Positions 10,831 through 23,029 of a stretch of 64,000 bases of DNA are shown piece after piece. This DNA is from Diplonema japonicum. Taxonomy: Eukaryota > Protista > Euglenozoa: Diplonemea. Numbering within the stretch: position 1 is the stretch's first letter; the number at the start of each line of letters is the position of its first letter. A program made the translations under genes and the position numbers. Location of the stretch: positions 322,391 through 386,390 of the forward strand of contig OZ025741.1 of the NCBI GenBank assembly GCA_964019335.1, read 5' to 3'. The notes under the pieces are model-generated. The model saw only the letters and a list, made by a program, of their open reading frames with translations, did not search any database and was not told the DNA's origin.

Positions 10831-11568
10831 CTACATAACGGAGCAGCACAGCACGGAACCATCCTCGTGCACTGGTTTTCGTTTGCTGGTGTCTTCGAAT
10901 TGGTTTTGGGAGCAGGGTTCGTCCTCTTCTGTTTCAGGAAGGGGTCTGTGGGTGACGATGCTGAAGTATGTGTTGTATCCAAAGGCGACTGTCCTGGTGA
11001 TCACGAGCTGCGCAACGAGGTTGGAAGGGAACAGGAGGAAGGCGGTGAGGTTGCCAAGCGGCTTCACGGCGTAGCCCACGATCTGCGCCTCGCAGTAGTT
11101 CGCACGAAGACGCGCCATGACAGTGGCAGTGGAATACGTCTGGGAAAACTCAATGGCCGCCATCGCACCTGCGTTCACAATGGGTGCAAGCACAAACTGG
11201 TTCAAAATGGTTTTTTCCAACGCCACGGTTATAGTGTGGCTGCTTCCTTGGAATATTTTATCAATGAAGCTCAGCCTTGCAAATTGTGTCAGACCTACAA
11301 AGACGGTACCCGTGACCATGTACTTCCCTGTGCGTGACCAGTTGTGCTCACGGAGAGGCTTGCCTTCAAGGCTTTGTGCGCACACGTCCGAGCCCATGCT
11401 AAAGAGGGCGCTAATGAGGCTGAACCTCCCTAGCAATACCAATAGTGTCAGCCCGGATTCGTCGTCTGTGAAGTCCATTGGGAGTAAGTCCACCTCCAAG
11501 GCCTCTGGTGACATTGCCACATCTGGCTCCACCAAGCTTAAATACAACAGTTCTGCTTCCATTTTCAT
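10831..11568 (-). CDS. Mpv17/PMP22 family membrane protein
   Basis: SDVCAQ..WSRT, KTILNQFVLAP and NTYFS motifs; four hydrophobic segments. Confidence 0.8.
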   Translation of the reverse strand: MKMEAELLYLSLVEPDVAMSPEALEVDLLPMDFTDDESGLTLLVLLGRFSLISALFSMGSDVCAQSLEGKPLREHNWSRTGKYMVTGTVFVGLTQFARLSFIDKIFQGSSHTITVALEKTILNQFVLAPIVNAGAMAAIEFSQTYSTATVMARLRANYCEAQIVGYAVKPLGNLTAFLLFPSNLVAQLVITRTVAFGYNTYFSIVTHRPLPETEEDEPCSQNQFEDTSKRKPVHEDGSVLCCSVM

Positions 11569-11656
11569 TTTTTTTTATTCCCCCCCCAAATGTGTAATCT
11601 TTTGGAAATAAAAAAAAGTTGGTATTCTTTTCTTTAGAAGAAGAAACAAAGAGAAA

Positions 11657-11687
<31 letters not shown>

Positions 11688-12243
11688 GAATAATAATAAG
11701 AAAAAAAGATTTTTTTTTTTTTAACACGGCGGGTTAAGGGAGGGAAATTCGATAAAAGGTGGGTGGGAATGTTTCTTTTTTTTTTTTTTTTTCTTCTTGA
11801 ACTGGCCACACGCCCCTTTTTTTTTTTTTAAAAAAAAAAGAACCCTGGGGAGAAAAACAATAAAAGATTCTAAGGGGTGGGGGGAGGGGTATTTTCACGA
11901 CGATGGGAGGGAAGTGATTGCAACGACCTCTCCCACACCAAGAAAACAAAAATCAAGGAGGGGAAGAATGCGAGAAGGAACCGTGTGCACTCATGCGCCA
12001 AACAAAAAAGAGCACCGGAAATTTTAAAACAAAAAAAAAAACTTTTTACTTTCATCAGTCCAAGATGGGGAAAGAAGTGTTAACAACAACTGGCCCACCA
12101 ACAAAATTTGGGAACAAAAGCGGGTAATTCTAGGGAGAAGGGGAGAGGGAATCTAATTAGACAATGGGAGTGGGAAAAGGGGCTTTTTTTTTTCTTTTCT
12201 TTTTTTTTTTCCTTTTTTTTTTTCCCTTTGGCTTTTTAATTCT

Positions 12244-14953
12244 CTACCTGTAAGTTCTGTGGTTGTTTTTCGGATTTTTTTTTTTTTGAATCCCGGAAAG
12301 AATAAAAAAAAAAAAAAAACATACAAGGCCGCGGGCTGCATCTCTCTCATAGGCCCACGCTTGGGCACTGCAAGGCTCTCCACTTTGAAATCAGGTGTGC
12401 AGTACAGAGATTGGTCGAGAAGCGCCTCCGATCTTGCAGTAATGGGAGTACGGGCTTGCTGCTGTTTATTCATTTATTTTTGTATTTTATTTTATGGCAT
12501 ACTGGGTAGGTGACTTCGGCATTCCTTTTGGCCATCGCCTGTTTCCTCGCGTTCATCTTCGCAAGAAGGTTGCTCGGCATTTTGTTGGCAAGTGGTTCGC
12601 TGCGATCTTGAACACCTTTCTTCGGTGCCATCGGTGCCGCTCTACTAGCAGCGCTCTTAATCGGGAAGTCCAATGGGGACGACTGCGACATGTAGCTCCC
12701 ATTCACAGTCCGCAAGGGCTTTTTCCCAACACAGATCTCGACGGGGATATCCTTCTGAATGGTGGGGGGTGCCTCCGGCGACAAGGCTAGGGAGTCTCTT
12801 GCCGCGAAGTTATCATAGCCGCTGAAAGGATTCCCTGCCCCGGCACGCGCACTGAACGCAGTGGTGTCGAAGGAATCCATCGTCGTCATCTTTCTAGCAA
12901 ACCTCTTCTGCTCCAGCAGGGCTGAGCTGCTGGGCTGGTACTCCTTCTTTTCCGCAAGGAACTTCTGCATGCCGCTGTACTGCTTCTTGTCAACCGGCGG
13001 CCTCCCCGTGGAGCTGCTCAGTCCCGCAGTGGCGTTCCCGAACCTCGGCTTCGTCTGACCAAACTTCGAACTCGCACCGTAGCCGCGCATGGGCTGCTCG
13101 AAGTCCGGTTCAGCCTCAAAAACACCTGTCTCTGACCTGAAGCTAGTCTGTCCAAAGCCGTCAACTGCCTTCCCGAATCCAGTCTGCTGCCCAAAGCCGG
13201 CCTGCTGCTCAAAGCTGGTCCCTGTTTGCCCGAAGCCATCCACAGACTGCCCAAAGCCAGAGGTCCCAAAGCTAGTAGCTGTTTGCTGCCCGAAGCCCTC
13301 CACGGACTGCCCAAAGCCAGAGGTCCCAAAGCTAGTAGCTGCTTGCTGCCCGAAGCCCTCCACAGACTGCCCAAAGCCACTGCTTGCTGTTTCTTGCTGC
13401 TGTCCAAAGCCATCCACAGACTGCCCGAAGCCCGCCACAGACTGCCCGAAGCCCGCCACAGACTGCCCAAAGCCACTGCTTGCCGTTTCCTGCTGTTGCC
13501 CAAAGCCACTGCTCGCCATCTGCCCAAAGCCATCCACGGGCTGTCCACCGAACACCTGCTGCTGGGCCTGTGGCTGAGCTGCTTGTTGCTGCTGTTGTGC
13601 GAGCTGAGCTTGGGCCTGAGCAGCTTGAGCCTGAGCTTGGGCATGGGCCTGTGCTTGGGCCTGCGCTGCTTGGGCTTGGGCTTGGGCTTGGACTTGGGCT
13701 TGGGCCTGGGCCTGAGCTGCTTGCTGGGCTTGAGCTTGTACCTGAGCCTGTGCTGCTTTCTGGGCCTCAGCTTGCTGTTGTTGGGCCTGCATTGCCTGCT
13801 GTGCTTGTTGCATCTGCTGCTGCTGTTGCACCAGCTGCTGTCTCTGCTGTGTCGTGTGCGCCTCAAACTGTGCCTGACGCGTCTCGAACTCTTGTTGGCG
13901 TTGAAGCTGCTGCTGCGCTTGCTTGTCCAGTTGCTCCTGCAACTTCTGCTGCTGCGTCAGCTGGTCGTGAATGTACTGTTGCTGTTGCTGGAGTACTTGC
14001 TGCTGCGCCTGCTGCTGCTGCTGTTGGCGTTGGATGCAGGCCAAGGTCTCGCTCTGGGCTGCTTGAATGGCTTGGGGGGCACCCGAAAAGGGTGGAGCAG
14101 GGTTTCGGATGGGGGTGGCAGCGGGCTCGTCAGACGACTTGCGCATACCGAAGTTGGAAGTCGGTACTGCAGGCGGAGCAGGCTCAGCATCAGAGATGGC
14201 GTACTTCTTGCTGCTGAAATTGGGTTTGGTGGCCTCAACAGGGGCGATGTAGGGGACCTTCTTGGCAACAGGCTCGCAGGGGGGGCTCTTGGGCTTAATA
14301 GGCTCAGGGGTCACAGAACGCTTCTTTGCGTTGAGATCGAAGTTGACCTTCTTGCTGCCTTCGGGGGCAGGGGCGTCCGCAGGAAGTGGCTTCTTGCTGA
14401 CAACAGGCTTTTCTTCTTTAGGGAAGAACGGGGAGCGGAGGATGCGAGCGTCAGGGCACACGGAACGGAGCTTCCCTGGTGTCATGTACTTGGAGACAGT
14501 GGAGCGAAGGGTTTTGACAGGTGTCTCGAGGAAGTTCCAGCTGATGGGTTGGGTCGGGAAGGGTACACGACTGGCCTGCTTGGTGGTCTTTTGAAATAGT
14601 TGGTCGAAGTGCTTCTCCTCTGACGGCTTTCTCGCAAAGGTAGGACGCTGTTGGGGGCTCACAGGAGGCAACTTCTCTTTCCTGGCAAGGCTGGAACCTC
14701 TGCTTGTCTTTTCCGCCTTCTTCTCCCTCTGCTTACCAGTAGCCAGGCTGTGGGCGTCAAGAGCAGCTTCCTTCAGTGCTACGCAGGCCTTCATCACCCA
14801 CGGTGAAATTTTCACGCACAACTGCACCGTTGGCCTGCCTAATGCATACACCCCCTCAACAATCTGGTCTTTCATCAGAAATACCCATCCGATGACCAGC
14901 AGAATCGGCCACAGGCCGTCACTGCCAAACAGGGCATATCCGTCGGCGCCCAT
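12244..14953 (-). CDS. Protein with N-terminal TM, Q/A-rich coiled coil and GFGQ repeats (FG-nucleoporin-like); probable 3' exons 12461-12325 and 12256-12244
   Basis: 827-aa ORF; hydrophobic LWPILLVIGWVFLM; many (S/E/A)GFGQ repeats; GT-AG introns 12502-12462 and 12324-12257 keep the frame. Confidence 0.65.
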
Positions 14954-15453
14954 TGGTTATTTTTTTTTGTTTCTTCTATTCTATTTAACTGAAGGAAAAA
15001 GGTTTTACGAAGAAAAATAGGGGGGAAATGGGGAGGGAAAAGAGCAGGACAGTGGGGACAGGAGAAGGACGAGACGAGACCATTTTCTGTTTTTTTTTTC
15101 TTTTTCTTCTCTTCTTCTTTTTTTTTTTTTTTTTTTTTTAAACCGGAGCGGGGGAGGGGGAGGGGGGGGAAACAAATGGGAAAGAAATCCAATAATATAA
15201 AAATAGAAAAGAGGGGGAGGGGGAAATAGAAAAAAAAAGGAAGATACTGACAATAAAAAACCCTCCCTTTTTTTTTCTTCCTTTCTTTCTTCTTTTCTTT
15301 TACCCTCTTTCTTTTTTTTTTTTTTTTTTTCACACTCCCTCAGAATTTTCCACTCGTTGCACAACAAAGAAAACTTCTTTTTTTCCTCTACTTTATTTTT
15401 GTCCCCCCTTCTGTTCTTATTTCTTTTTTTTTTTAGGACAGTTTCGAAACCCC

Positions 15454-18400
15454 TCAAAAACAACTGTCATCAAGGGCACGGCATAGAGCACGTGTTTTAA
15501 CGGTCCTAAGCTGCTTGGCAATGGCATTGACCTGTGAATGATTTCTCTTTCTCTTTTCCCTCTTCAACATACCTTGCTAGCAATCTGCTGGCACGCAATG
15601 GCATTTTCAAACGTCAGTGTGCAGCTAAACGACTTGCATCTCAGGCTCATTCTATTATTTTTTTTCCTTAAAATACCCCCTCCCCCCTCCCCTTCCACAC
15701 CTATATGTCAATCTAGCATCAACGTGTGCCAACGTGCTGAACAAAGGGCACACTGCCATGATTTTAGCAACTTGAGGCTGCTGCGCTTGAACAGGAAGAT
15801 CTTGTAAAAGGACAAGTTCAGTGTCGGTAATGGCAATGAACAGAACGGAGCCCTGTTGTTGTTGTTGCGTTTTTTTTTTTTTTTTTTTTTTTTCCTTGCC
15901 CCCTCTCCTCATACTATGTGTGTATTGAACTCTTTAGAAGCGAACTGGCTCTCCTGTGCCACCCATGGCTGCGGACAAAGTTGGCATCTCACCAAGCCAG
16001 GTATGGTCGCTTTTCCGATGTCCTCCCCGAGATGCTTGAGGTGCAGCCCGTTGTCAGGCACCTTCAAGCACTCCTCAAGGGTGTTCTCACGCCCTGCGAG
16101 TTTGAAGATAAGCTTCCTTATCAGCAAGAAAGCTACCGCCTCGACCTTCGCAAGCTCGTCCTCGTCGCACGGGCACCTCTCTTCCAAAGGTGTTCTCACC
16201 AGCCATTCCGGCATTTTGCCGGCTTCTTTCTCGGGTACTTCTGGCAGGATGCGCTGAAGGATGGTTTCCCCCACGCTGTTCCACATGCTGATCCATCCCT
16301 CCACAGGCCGCGAAATCCTGCATCGCCTGTGTCTTATCTCCACGATCTCCACAGTGCAGTGCTGCTTCAGGCGTACTAACAGCTTTGAATCCATAGCCTC
16401 GTCTTGGCGTACCATAGCACCGCTCTTCCCGATCACCCTGAAGGCACCTGGTTCTGCGATAGGTTTCTGTGCCAACGGCGACGCGGGAGCTGAGTCAGCA
16501 GCGCTTCCCGGCGACTCAGGGATATCGAGTGACGGCCTGCAGGAAGGCGGCGGCGTTGCGGAGTCCTCCATACTGCTCATGTCCAGCAACGGAAGGATGA
16601 GACTCGGACGAGTGAGGAGATGCTTGGGTCGGGAATTGCTAAGGTCACGATGCTGCGGCACCTTGTTGGAGAGGTACAGGAACAGAACCTCCAGAGGGTC
16701 CATGATGGCGCGGCCCTCGGTGGTGACAACGTCTTTCGTGACACTGCTGCCGCGCGACCTTGGTGAGGGAGTGGTGGATGCTGACGCGGCTTGTGTTGCC
16801 GCTGGCTGGGCCTGCCCCGTCAAAGGCGGCGGTGCCTTGACAACGCCCTGTTGCGCAGGCTTCTCGTGTATTTCCTCTTTGATGGTCTCGAACCTTCTCC
16901 GCAGTATGCAGCAGCTGGTTCGGTACAAGTCCCGTAGCAGGCATGCGTGGTATTTGCTGAGCTGCACAGGTTCATCGGTCCCCACAAGCTCCACTAGACA
17001 CCGTGATACAGTCTCGAAGGTCTCAAGCCTGCCGCAGCGTGGGATGGCTCGTATCGCGTGGCACAACCACAGCAGCAGCTGCCCGACCACGACGTGGGAG
17101 TAGACGTAGTCTGCGGGGTCCTCTGCTTCCTCGCACTGAGGAACCGCCGGCAGAGCACATGATTCGGTGAGGAATGTTGGCATATCACTATCCTCGGCAG
17201 GTTCTTCATCTTTTTGCTCACCCTTTTTGGTGCTGAAGACCATTTCTGTCTTGTCTTCTATTATGCCCTGGTGCTTCCTAGGTATCAGCCCTGCGACGCC
17301 CTGCATGTCCCGTGTGAGGCGTCCTTCAAGCATCCCGTACACAAGGTTGATGCCCGTCACGTTGTGCCTGAGGTCCTCGCACGACCACTCCAAGATGCTC
17401 CTCAACCAGCTGCCGTCCGAGACGGGCAGGGGCTCTTCCTCACTCTCCTCGTCTTGTTCTGTTGCTTGTTTGTCTTCTTTTTCATCTTCTTTCGTGTTCT
17501 CGGGAACCTCTTCTCTTGTGGAACCCGCTTCAAGCACTTCTTCCTTGGGTACTGAATCTGCGTCTGCTTCTTCCTCAGGTACTACTTCCTCCTGGGGTAC
17601 TGGGTCAGCTTCTGCTTCTTCCTTGGGTACTACTTCTTCCTTGAGTTCGGTTTCTTCCTTAGGTGCTTCCTCCTTAGGTGCTTCCTCCTGGGGTACTGAA
17701 TCTGCTTCTGCTTCTTCCATTGGTGCCGTTTCTTGGGGTACGGAGTCTGCTTCTATATCCGCCACCGTCTCTTCTTTAAGAGACCGTTCTTGTTCAACTG
17801 TCTCAGTGGCCGTTGGTTCTTCTTCATTTTTACTTTCCCCGACCACTGCTACTTTTGCTTCCTTCTCAGATTCATCCCCGACCACTGCTACTTTTGCTTC
17901 TTCGCAGGGCTCGGCAACGGCTTCTGCTTCTTCAACCTCTTTGCTGCCCGAGGCGCTTAAATTTCCGTTCGGCATTTCTATTTCCTCCTTGGCAGGTTGG
18001 GGTGCCACGATCTGTGCTTCACAAGGTGTTGACCCGCAGGATTCGGTGCAGTGGGCTGCGTCTTCGGAGGTATCGAAGTGCTTCACAGAAACAGGGGGGA
18101 GGGGCGGGGGCTTTCTTATCTTACATTTGGGCGTGAAGCCACACAGTGACATTATGATGATGGTGAGGAATTCCCTGTCCGCGGTGGCCAGAATCCACTG
18201 GGTGGCGGTTGTTGCTGCGATGTATCTAGGAACGGCAGCACTGCTGCGTGGGTCGCCGTGGATGGACGCGGAAAGAAGGCTGGTGAATTCCAATGTGTGC
18301 AAGTAGAGAGAGTAAAGCAGTTTTGGCTTTTTAAGCTGCAGCAAATCGTTGAAATAATACATGTCATCCATCACGTCTTCGATCGCAGAACCCACGACAG

Positions 18401-19163
18401 CCAGCGTGGGCGGCAGGAAAACCGCGGGAAAAGCGTCGGGTTTGATTAAATGATTCATGGCCTCCTCATATCTGGTACTGAAGGAGTCCAGCTTCGTCAG
18501 CTGATCTTTAAAAATTCGGAACACAGTTTTTAAGTACTCCGCGGTGTTCACAACGTAGTTCAATACGTAATCGTCTTCCACTTTGCACATGTGGACCACG
18601 ATGGCTCGGGCTGCGGTTCGAACGAGGGCTTCCTGATGGGAAAGGAATTTGCTTGATGCGGTGTAAAGTGGAAAGGTGTCGGTGTCCCTGTTGTAAAAGC
18701 ATTGTATGGTGCTGACATCGAGTCGTAGTGAAAGGGATTTCAAAAAGTTTATAAAGTTGTTGAGAAGCTCTTCGTCCTCTTCGAGCCCTAGACCGTCGTG
18801 CATTATAAGGTTGTTGATGTGATTCTCAGAGAGGAGGTAAAAGATTGACATGTGCGATTTGAGGTTTTGGACGAGAATGTAGAGAGTTTGCGTCAGTTGA
18901 ATCTTCACCTCGGAAGGGATTTGCATGCACAGGAGTTCGGTCAAAAACGGCAACATGTTCTTCTCGAGGAAAATGTAGAAGATTTTCTCGTCGTGGATGT
19001 CTCCCCACACGATGATCTCCGCCATCTGGCGCACAGCCTCCACAACTACATCCTGGCGCACGTTGTTCGTGTTCTCGAAGTACTTGACAACGGTGCCGCA
19101 GAGCCCGCTGAGGTACTCTGGTGTTAGTTTGTTCTTTTTACCCCCGGCCCACCATGAAGGCAT
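15454..19163 (-). CDS. CLEC16A: CLEC16A/TT9 (FPL domain) endolysosomal trafficking protein with acidic insert and SH3b-like domain; three 3' introns
   Basis: EIIVWGD..IFLEKNML..VKIQLTQTL..YLLSENHIN..FLKSLSLRL..FPLY..VRTAAR. Introns 15914-15853, 15700-15652 and 15572-15532 extend the frame to TGA at 15454. Confidence 0.88.
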
Positions 19164-19377
19164 TTTTTTTTTGGGCCCCCCCGACCCACCTCCTTTTTTT
19201 TTTATGTTTTTTTTTTTATTAGTAAGAAAAGAAAAAGTAAAAGAAAAAAAAGAAGGAAAACGGATCCATAAGGTAACGGAAACAAACAGGGAAAAGAGAA
19301 GAAGAAGAAAAAAAAAGTGTCGGTCCTTTGTTCAGTTCGACATTTTTTCTCTCCCCCCTTCTCTTTTCCCCATTCAC

Positions 19378-19412
<35 letters not shown>

Positions 19413-19490
19413 AGTTTTTTTTTTTTCTCCCTCTTTCTTTTGCCATTCTGGAAGATGGATGGCAAATCGACGACACAAAAAAAAAAAAAA

Positions 19491-19629
19491 TAATTCTTTA
19501 TGACTATATGTCTTTGTTGTTCGCACGAGCAAAAAAGGTTTTTTAAAAAGCTGCGAAAGTTTTTTGCTCGGCACAAGTTGCATATAGTTATAAAATCATT
19601 TTTTTGAAAGATAAATATTTGTAACAAAA
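19491..19629. repeat. Palindromic dispersed repeat, uninterrupted copy; a second copy at ~34507-36318 is split by piggyBac
   Basis: TTATGACTATATG...CATATAGTTATAA and CGAGCAAAAAA...TTTTTTGCTCG inverted pairs; near-identical to the sequence flanking 34571-36224. Confidence 0.8.
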
Positions 19630-19837
19630 ATAAAAAAAAGTCAGTTCTTAAAAAGCATTTTGTGCACCGTGCACAAAAAATCCTAACATAGTGTGTGCAG
19701 TGCAAATACGTTCTTTCCACTAAGGTGCTACCAGTGGTGATCGACGAGGATTGTCAACAACAAGCGAAAACAACGACACCACCACCAACAAATAAAAAAA
19801 AAAAAAAATTGGGTCGCCCAAAATAAAGGGGTCCTTC

Positions 19838-19868
<31 letters not shown>

Positions 19869-19875
19869 CCCCCGC

Positions 19876-21444
19876 TCAAACAATATTCGAAGGAACTTCA
19901 TGAAGCAAGGCGGCCTTTACAAAGTTGAGGTATTTTCCGGTGAGGCCGTATCTCGACCATGTGAGGATCTCGAGGACCGTGAAGACGATCGGGACCACGA
20001 ATGTGAGAGAAAGCACGCAGAGCCAAAGGTCCAACGAACCCGACGCCCTGGAAATGTAATAATACCCAACCATAGGTGCCAACGACTGAGCAGGCTTGGT
20101 GATCAACGCTACCGACCCGAATATCATGGAAGACATCAGATGCTTGCGCTTGTTTAAAATACAGTCTTCGTCGATTAAGTCTGTGATGAGAAGCGGTTGC
20201 AACCTACAAACATTTTCCGTCAGAATTCTGTTGAGCAACCATGTGACAGTCAGGACAAACCCGAGCATACCAGCAGAGTGCACATCAGGTTCCACAACAG
20301 TGTGGATCGCAGTCAGTTTTGGTGTTGCTGAAGATGCGTGCTCACCCATAATAACCTTCACCATCGCAACACCATTTTCGCTCAATCCGTGTGTATCATG
20401 TCCCATCACACCCATCGCGGTAGTTCTTAATATTCCCGACACCGCGTATAAACCTACAATGGCAACGGTTAGCCTTGCAACGAACAGCCACATTACAACG
20501 GTTTTTTTGCTGTGGTGTCTTAAAATAGGTGTGACAGCCATGGTACCAAGGTGCGGAAAGATGAAGGAGGCGTATAGCACCGCGGATTGCACTGCGGGGG
20601 AAAGGTACCCCCCGACCAGAATGGTGAGGAACATGGAGAAGAAATTCGTTGTGAATGTGCAAGCGAACTGCTGCAGCAAACCCATCGCTGCGAACGACCA
20701 TAAATTCTTGTGCTTCAACGCCTGCCTTGCGAAGGTTACAATAGAAGGTGTCTCACCCTTAACATCCTGCGCCACCCCGTTCTGTTCGATATGCCCAGCA
20801 GACTCGTCTATGTAAGGCGACGAACATGTTATGTGAAACCCTACACACGATACCGCAGCAGCCGCCACAGCGAAATATCGGAAAGCGGTCATATCAGATG
20901 GGTTCCAAAAGAGATGTCCCAGGAATATTGCGGCAGATCCGGCAATTTGACAGCCGGCGCCGTACATATTGCATCTTTCACGTTCTTTGTTGTCAGGCGT
21001 CATGTCAGCTAGTAGAGCTTGATGGTTGACGAGGGTGACGGAGAGCCAACCGTCATAACATATCAGTACCACTATTAAGTGGATCCCTGCGAGAAATGGT
21101 GATTCTGTACCGACGCCCCACGGGAACCAGCACATCATGAAGGATGCAGCCCATAGTGGGCCGGCTTGCTTGATGCGGGGGATGCGTCGGGAGTAGCCGC
21201 CTTTTGAGTTTTTCAGAGCGCGTGTGTCTGCCCACCAGCCGCATGCTGGATCGTTGAAGCTATTCCATATGCAGTATACAACCTGTGCTGCCATGAACCA
21301 GCTTTCCGTGACTTTTGATACGCTCAGAGCCATCTCTACATAGTAGGTTATGAAGACGTTGTTCAGAACGGCTGCTGAAAAGTTGGTCATCCCGTATGCC
21401 AGGGCTCGCTTTTTGTTTCTGTCCATTTCGCGGAATTTTTCCAT
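19876..21444 (-). CDS. MFSD13A: MFS transporter, MFSD13A/TMEM180-like (~522 aa)
   Basis: NNVFITYYV, IWNSFNDP.CGWWAD, RRIPRI..GPLWAASF..WFPW, HQALLAD, KPAQSLAP; ATG at 21444 (MEKFRE). Confidence 0.8.
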   Translation of the reverse strand: MEKFREMDRNKKRALAYGMTNFSAAVLNNVFITYYVEMALSVSKVTESWFMAAQVVYCIWNSFNDPACGWWADTRALKNSKGGYSRRIPRIKQAGPLWAASFMMCWFPWGVGTESPFLAGIHLIVVLICYDGWLSVTLVNHQALLADMTPDNKERERCNMYGAGCQIAGSAAIFLGHLFWNPSDMTAFRYFAVAAAAVSCVGFHITCSSPYIDESAGHIEQNGVAQDVKGETPSIVTFARQALKHKNLWSFAAMGLLQQFACTFTTNFFSMFLTILVGGYLSPAVQSAVLYASFIFPHLGTMAVTPILRHHSKKTVVMWLFVARLTVAIVGLYAVSGILRTTAMGVMGHDTHGLSENGVAMVKVIMGEHASSATPKLTAIHTVVEPDVHSAGMLGFVLTVTWLLNRILTENVCRLQPLLITDLIDEDCILNKRKHLMSSMIFGSVALITKPAQSLAPMVGYYYISRASGSLDLWLCVLSLTFVVPIVFTVLEILTWSRYGLTGKYLNFVKAALLHEVPSNIV

Positions 21445-22164
21445 TTTTTTTTTTGGGATGGGGGTGGGGGCCCCCCTGATTTTTTTTTTTTTTTTTTTTT
21501 TTTGAAGATCGGGTCGGGCGGAGATGGCTTTCAAGGGACACAGGCTGGACCCATGCTCAGTACCCGCGTACCGCAGGATCACGATTTGCGCGGATAATGA
21601 GAAGCGACGAGTCCAGGTCGCTCGTCAGGACGTGCAGAGACAAATACAAGGAGGCCGACCGAAGTTTTCCTATTCCATCCTAAGGCCATCAAGGACACGG
21701 TCGAGGGGCGAATACCGGTCGAGAGGAGTAGCCCCCTTACGAAGCCGTTGTAATAACCCAACGTGCGTAGGGAGTGGACAGAATTTACCGTCGCAGCTGT
21801 GAGATGAGGGGCCCAATGCGCTTACTGGTGTGGATGCGTTCTAGTGCCGCTGTCACCCGGCCTATGACACGCGCACTCACTTTGATGTCCTCACCCTCCT
21901 CACAAAATTTCTTTTTTCTTTTTTTTTTTTTTTTTTTTGAAAAACCCAAAGAAAAAAAAAGGGGGGCAAAAAAAAAAGAAGAAGGAAAAAAAAGGGCGTG
22001 GGGGGGGGGGGGGGGGGGAAGGGTAAACATTTGGACATATTTCATAGCAAGATCAAAACGAAAGAAAAAAATTTTTGGAGAGGGGGGGGAAAAAAAAGAA
22101 AAGAGCGGGGTGAAAGAGAAAAAAAAAGGGGGAAAAAAAGGGCCACTAAGTAGGCTAAGGGGTT

Positions 22165-22201
<37 letters not shown>

Positions 22202-22403
22202 GATCGTCGCCAGAATAGGTGGTCGTGACTGTGAGGGGTGTCCAAGACCTCAATTCTCCCCCAAGAATAGAGAAAAAAGATTTGGGAAGAAAAGCATTTT
22301 TCTTTTCTTTTTTTCCGAATCTAACGAACTAACGTACCATATGGGGGGGGGGGGGGGGGGGGGGCAGACTGGCAGAATACCTTAAACTGACTTCAAACAC
22401 AGT

Positions 22404-22439
<36 letters not shown>

Positions 22440-22903
22440 ATAGCAGGTGGCTTTGACTCTATGCATATACATTAAAGACCAGCTGTGTTCCATCCCTGCG
22501 CTCATATCTCTAATTTGTTCGTTCTTCTTCTTCTTTTTTTTTTTTTTTTTTTTTTTTTTTTGATCATCCCGCCTTTTTTTTATTCTTCCCATAAATTGTA
22601 GGGGGAAAAGGGGAGGGGAAAAAAAAAAAAAAAAAAGGGAGAACCGTTCGGTTTTGTGTGGATTTGCATTATTTTTTCTTCTTTTTTTTTTCCCCCTCCC
22701 ACTCTTTTTTTTTTCTTCTTTTTTTTTTCGTTTTTGAATTCCCCCAAACTCCCTCCTTGATGACCCCACTTCGCCCCCTTTTTTTTGATTTTTTTCTTCT
22801 TTTTTTCGTTCAATGCAGAAAAGAGGGGGGGGGGGGGGGGGGAGAAGAACAAAAATCGCAGAGGTGGGGAGTAAATATAATAACTATTGATTTTTGAATA
22901 AAT

Positions 22904-23029
22904 AAAGTGAACTTTATTTCCAGAGGCTGATATACTATCCCGAGGGGGTGTATTTTTCCCTCGCTTCGCTCGGGAAAATAAGATCCCGAGGGATAGCATA
23001 TCAGCCGAGGGAAGAATAAAGTTCACTTT
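22904..23029. repeat. ~126-bp imperfect palindrome (foldback or MITE-like)
   Basis: AAAGTGAACTTTATT..GGCTGATATACTATCCC pairs with GGGATAGCATATCAGCC..AATAAAGTTCACTTT around the centre CCCTCGCTTCGCTCGGG. Confidence 0.75.

Noticed and set aside
13089-14599. Cys-rich (CPKP)n and Leu-rich plus-strand ORFs
   Set aside because: They are antisense translations of the GFGQ and QA repeats
21590-21660. Hammerhead ribozyme (minus strand GTC-CTGACGA-stem)
   Set aside because: There is no GAAA after stem II, and the second copy lacks CUGANGA
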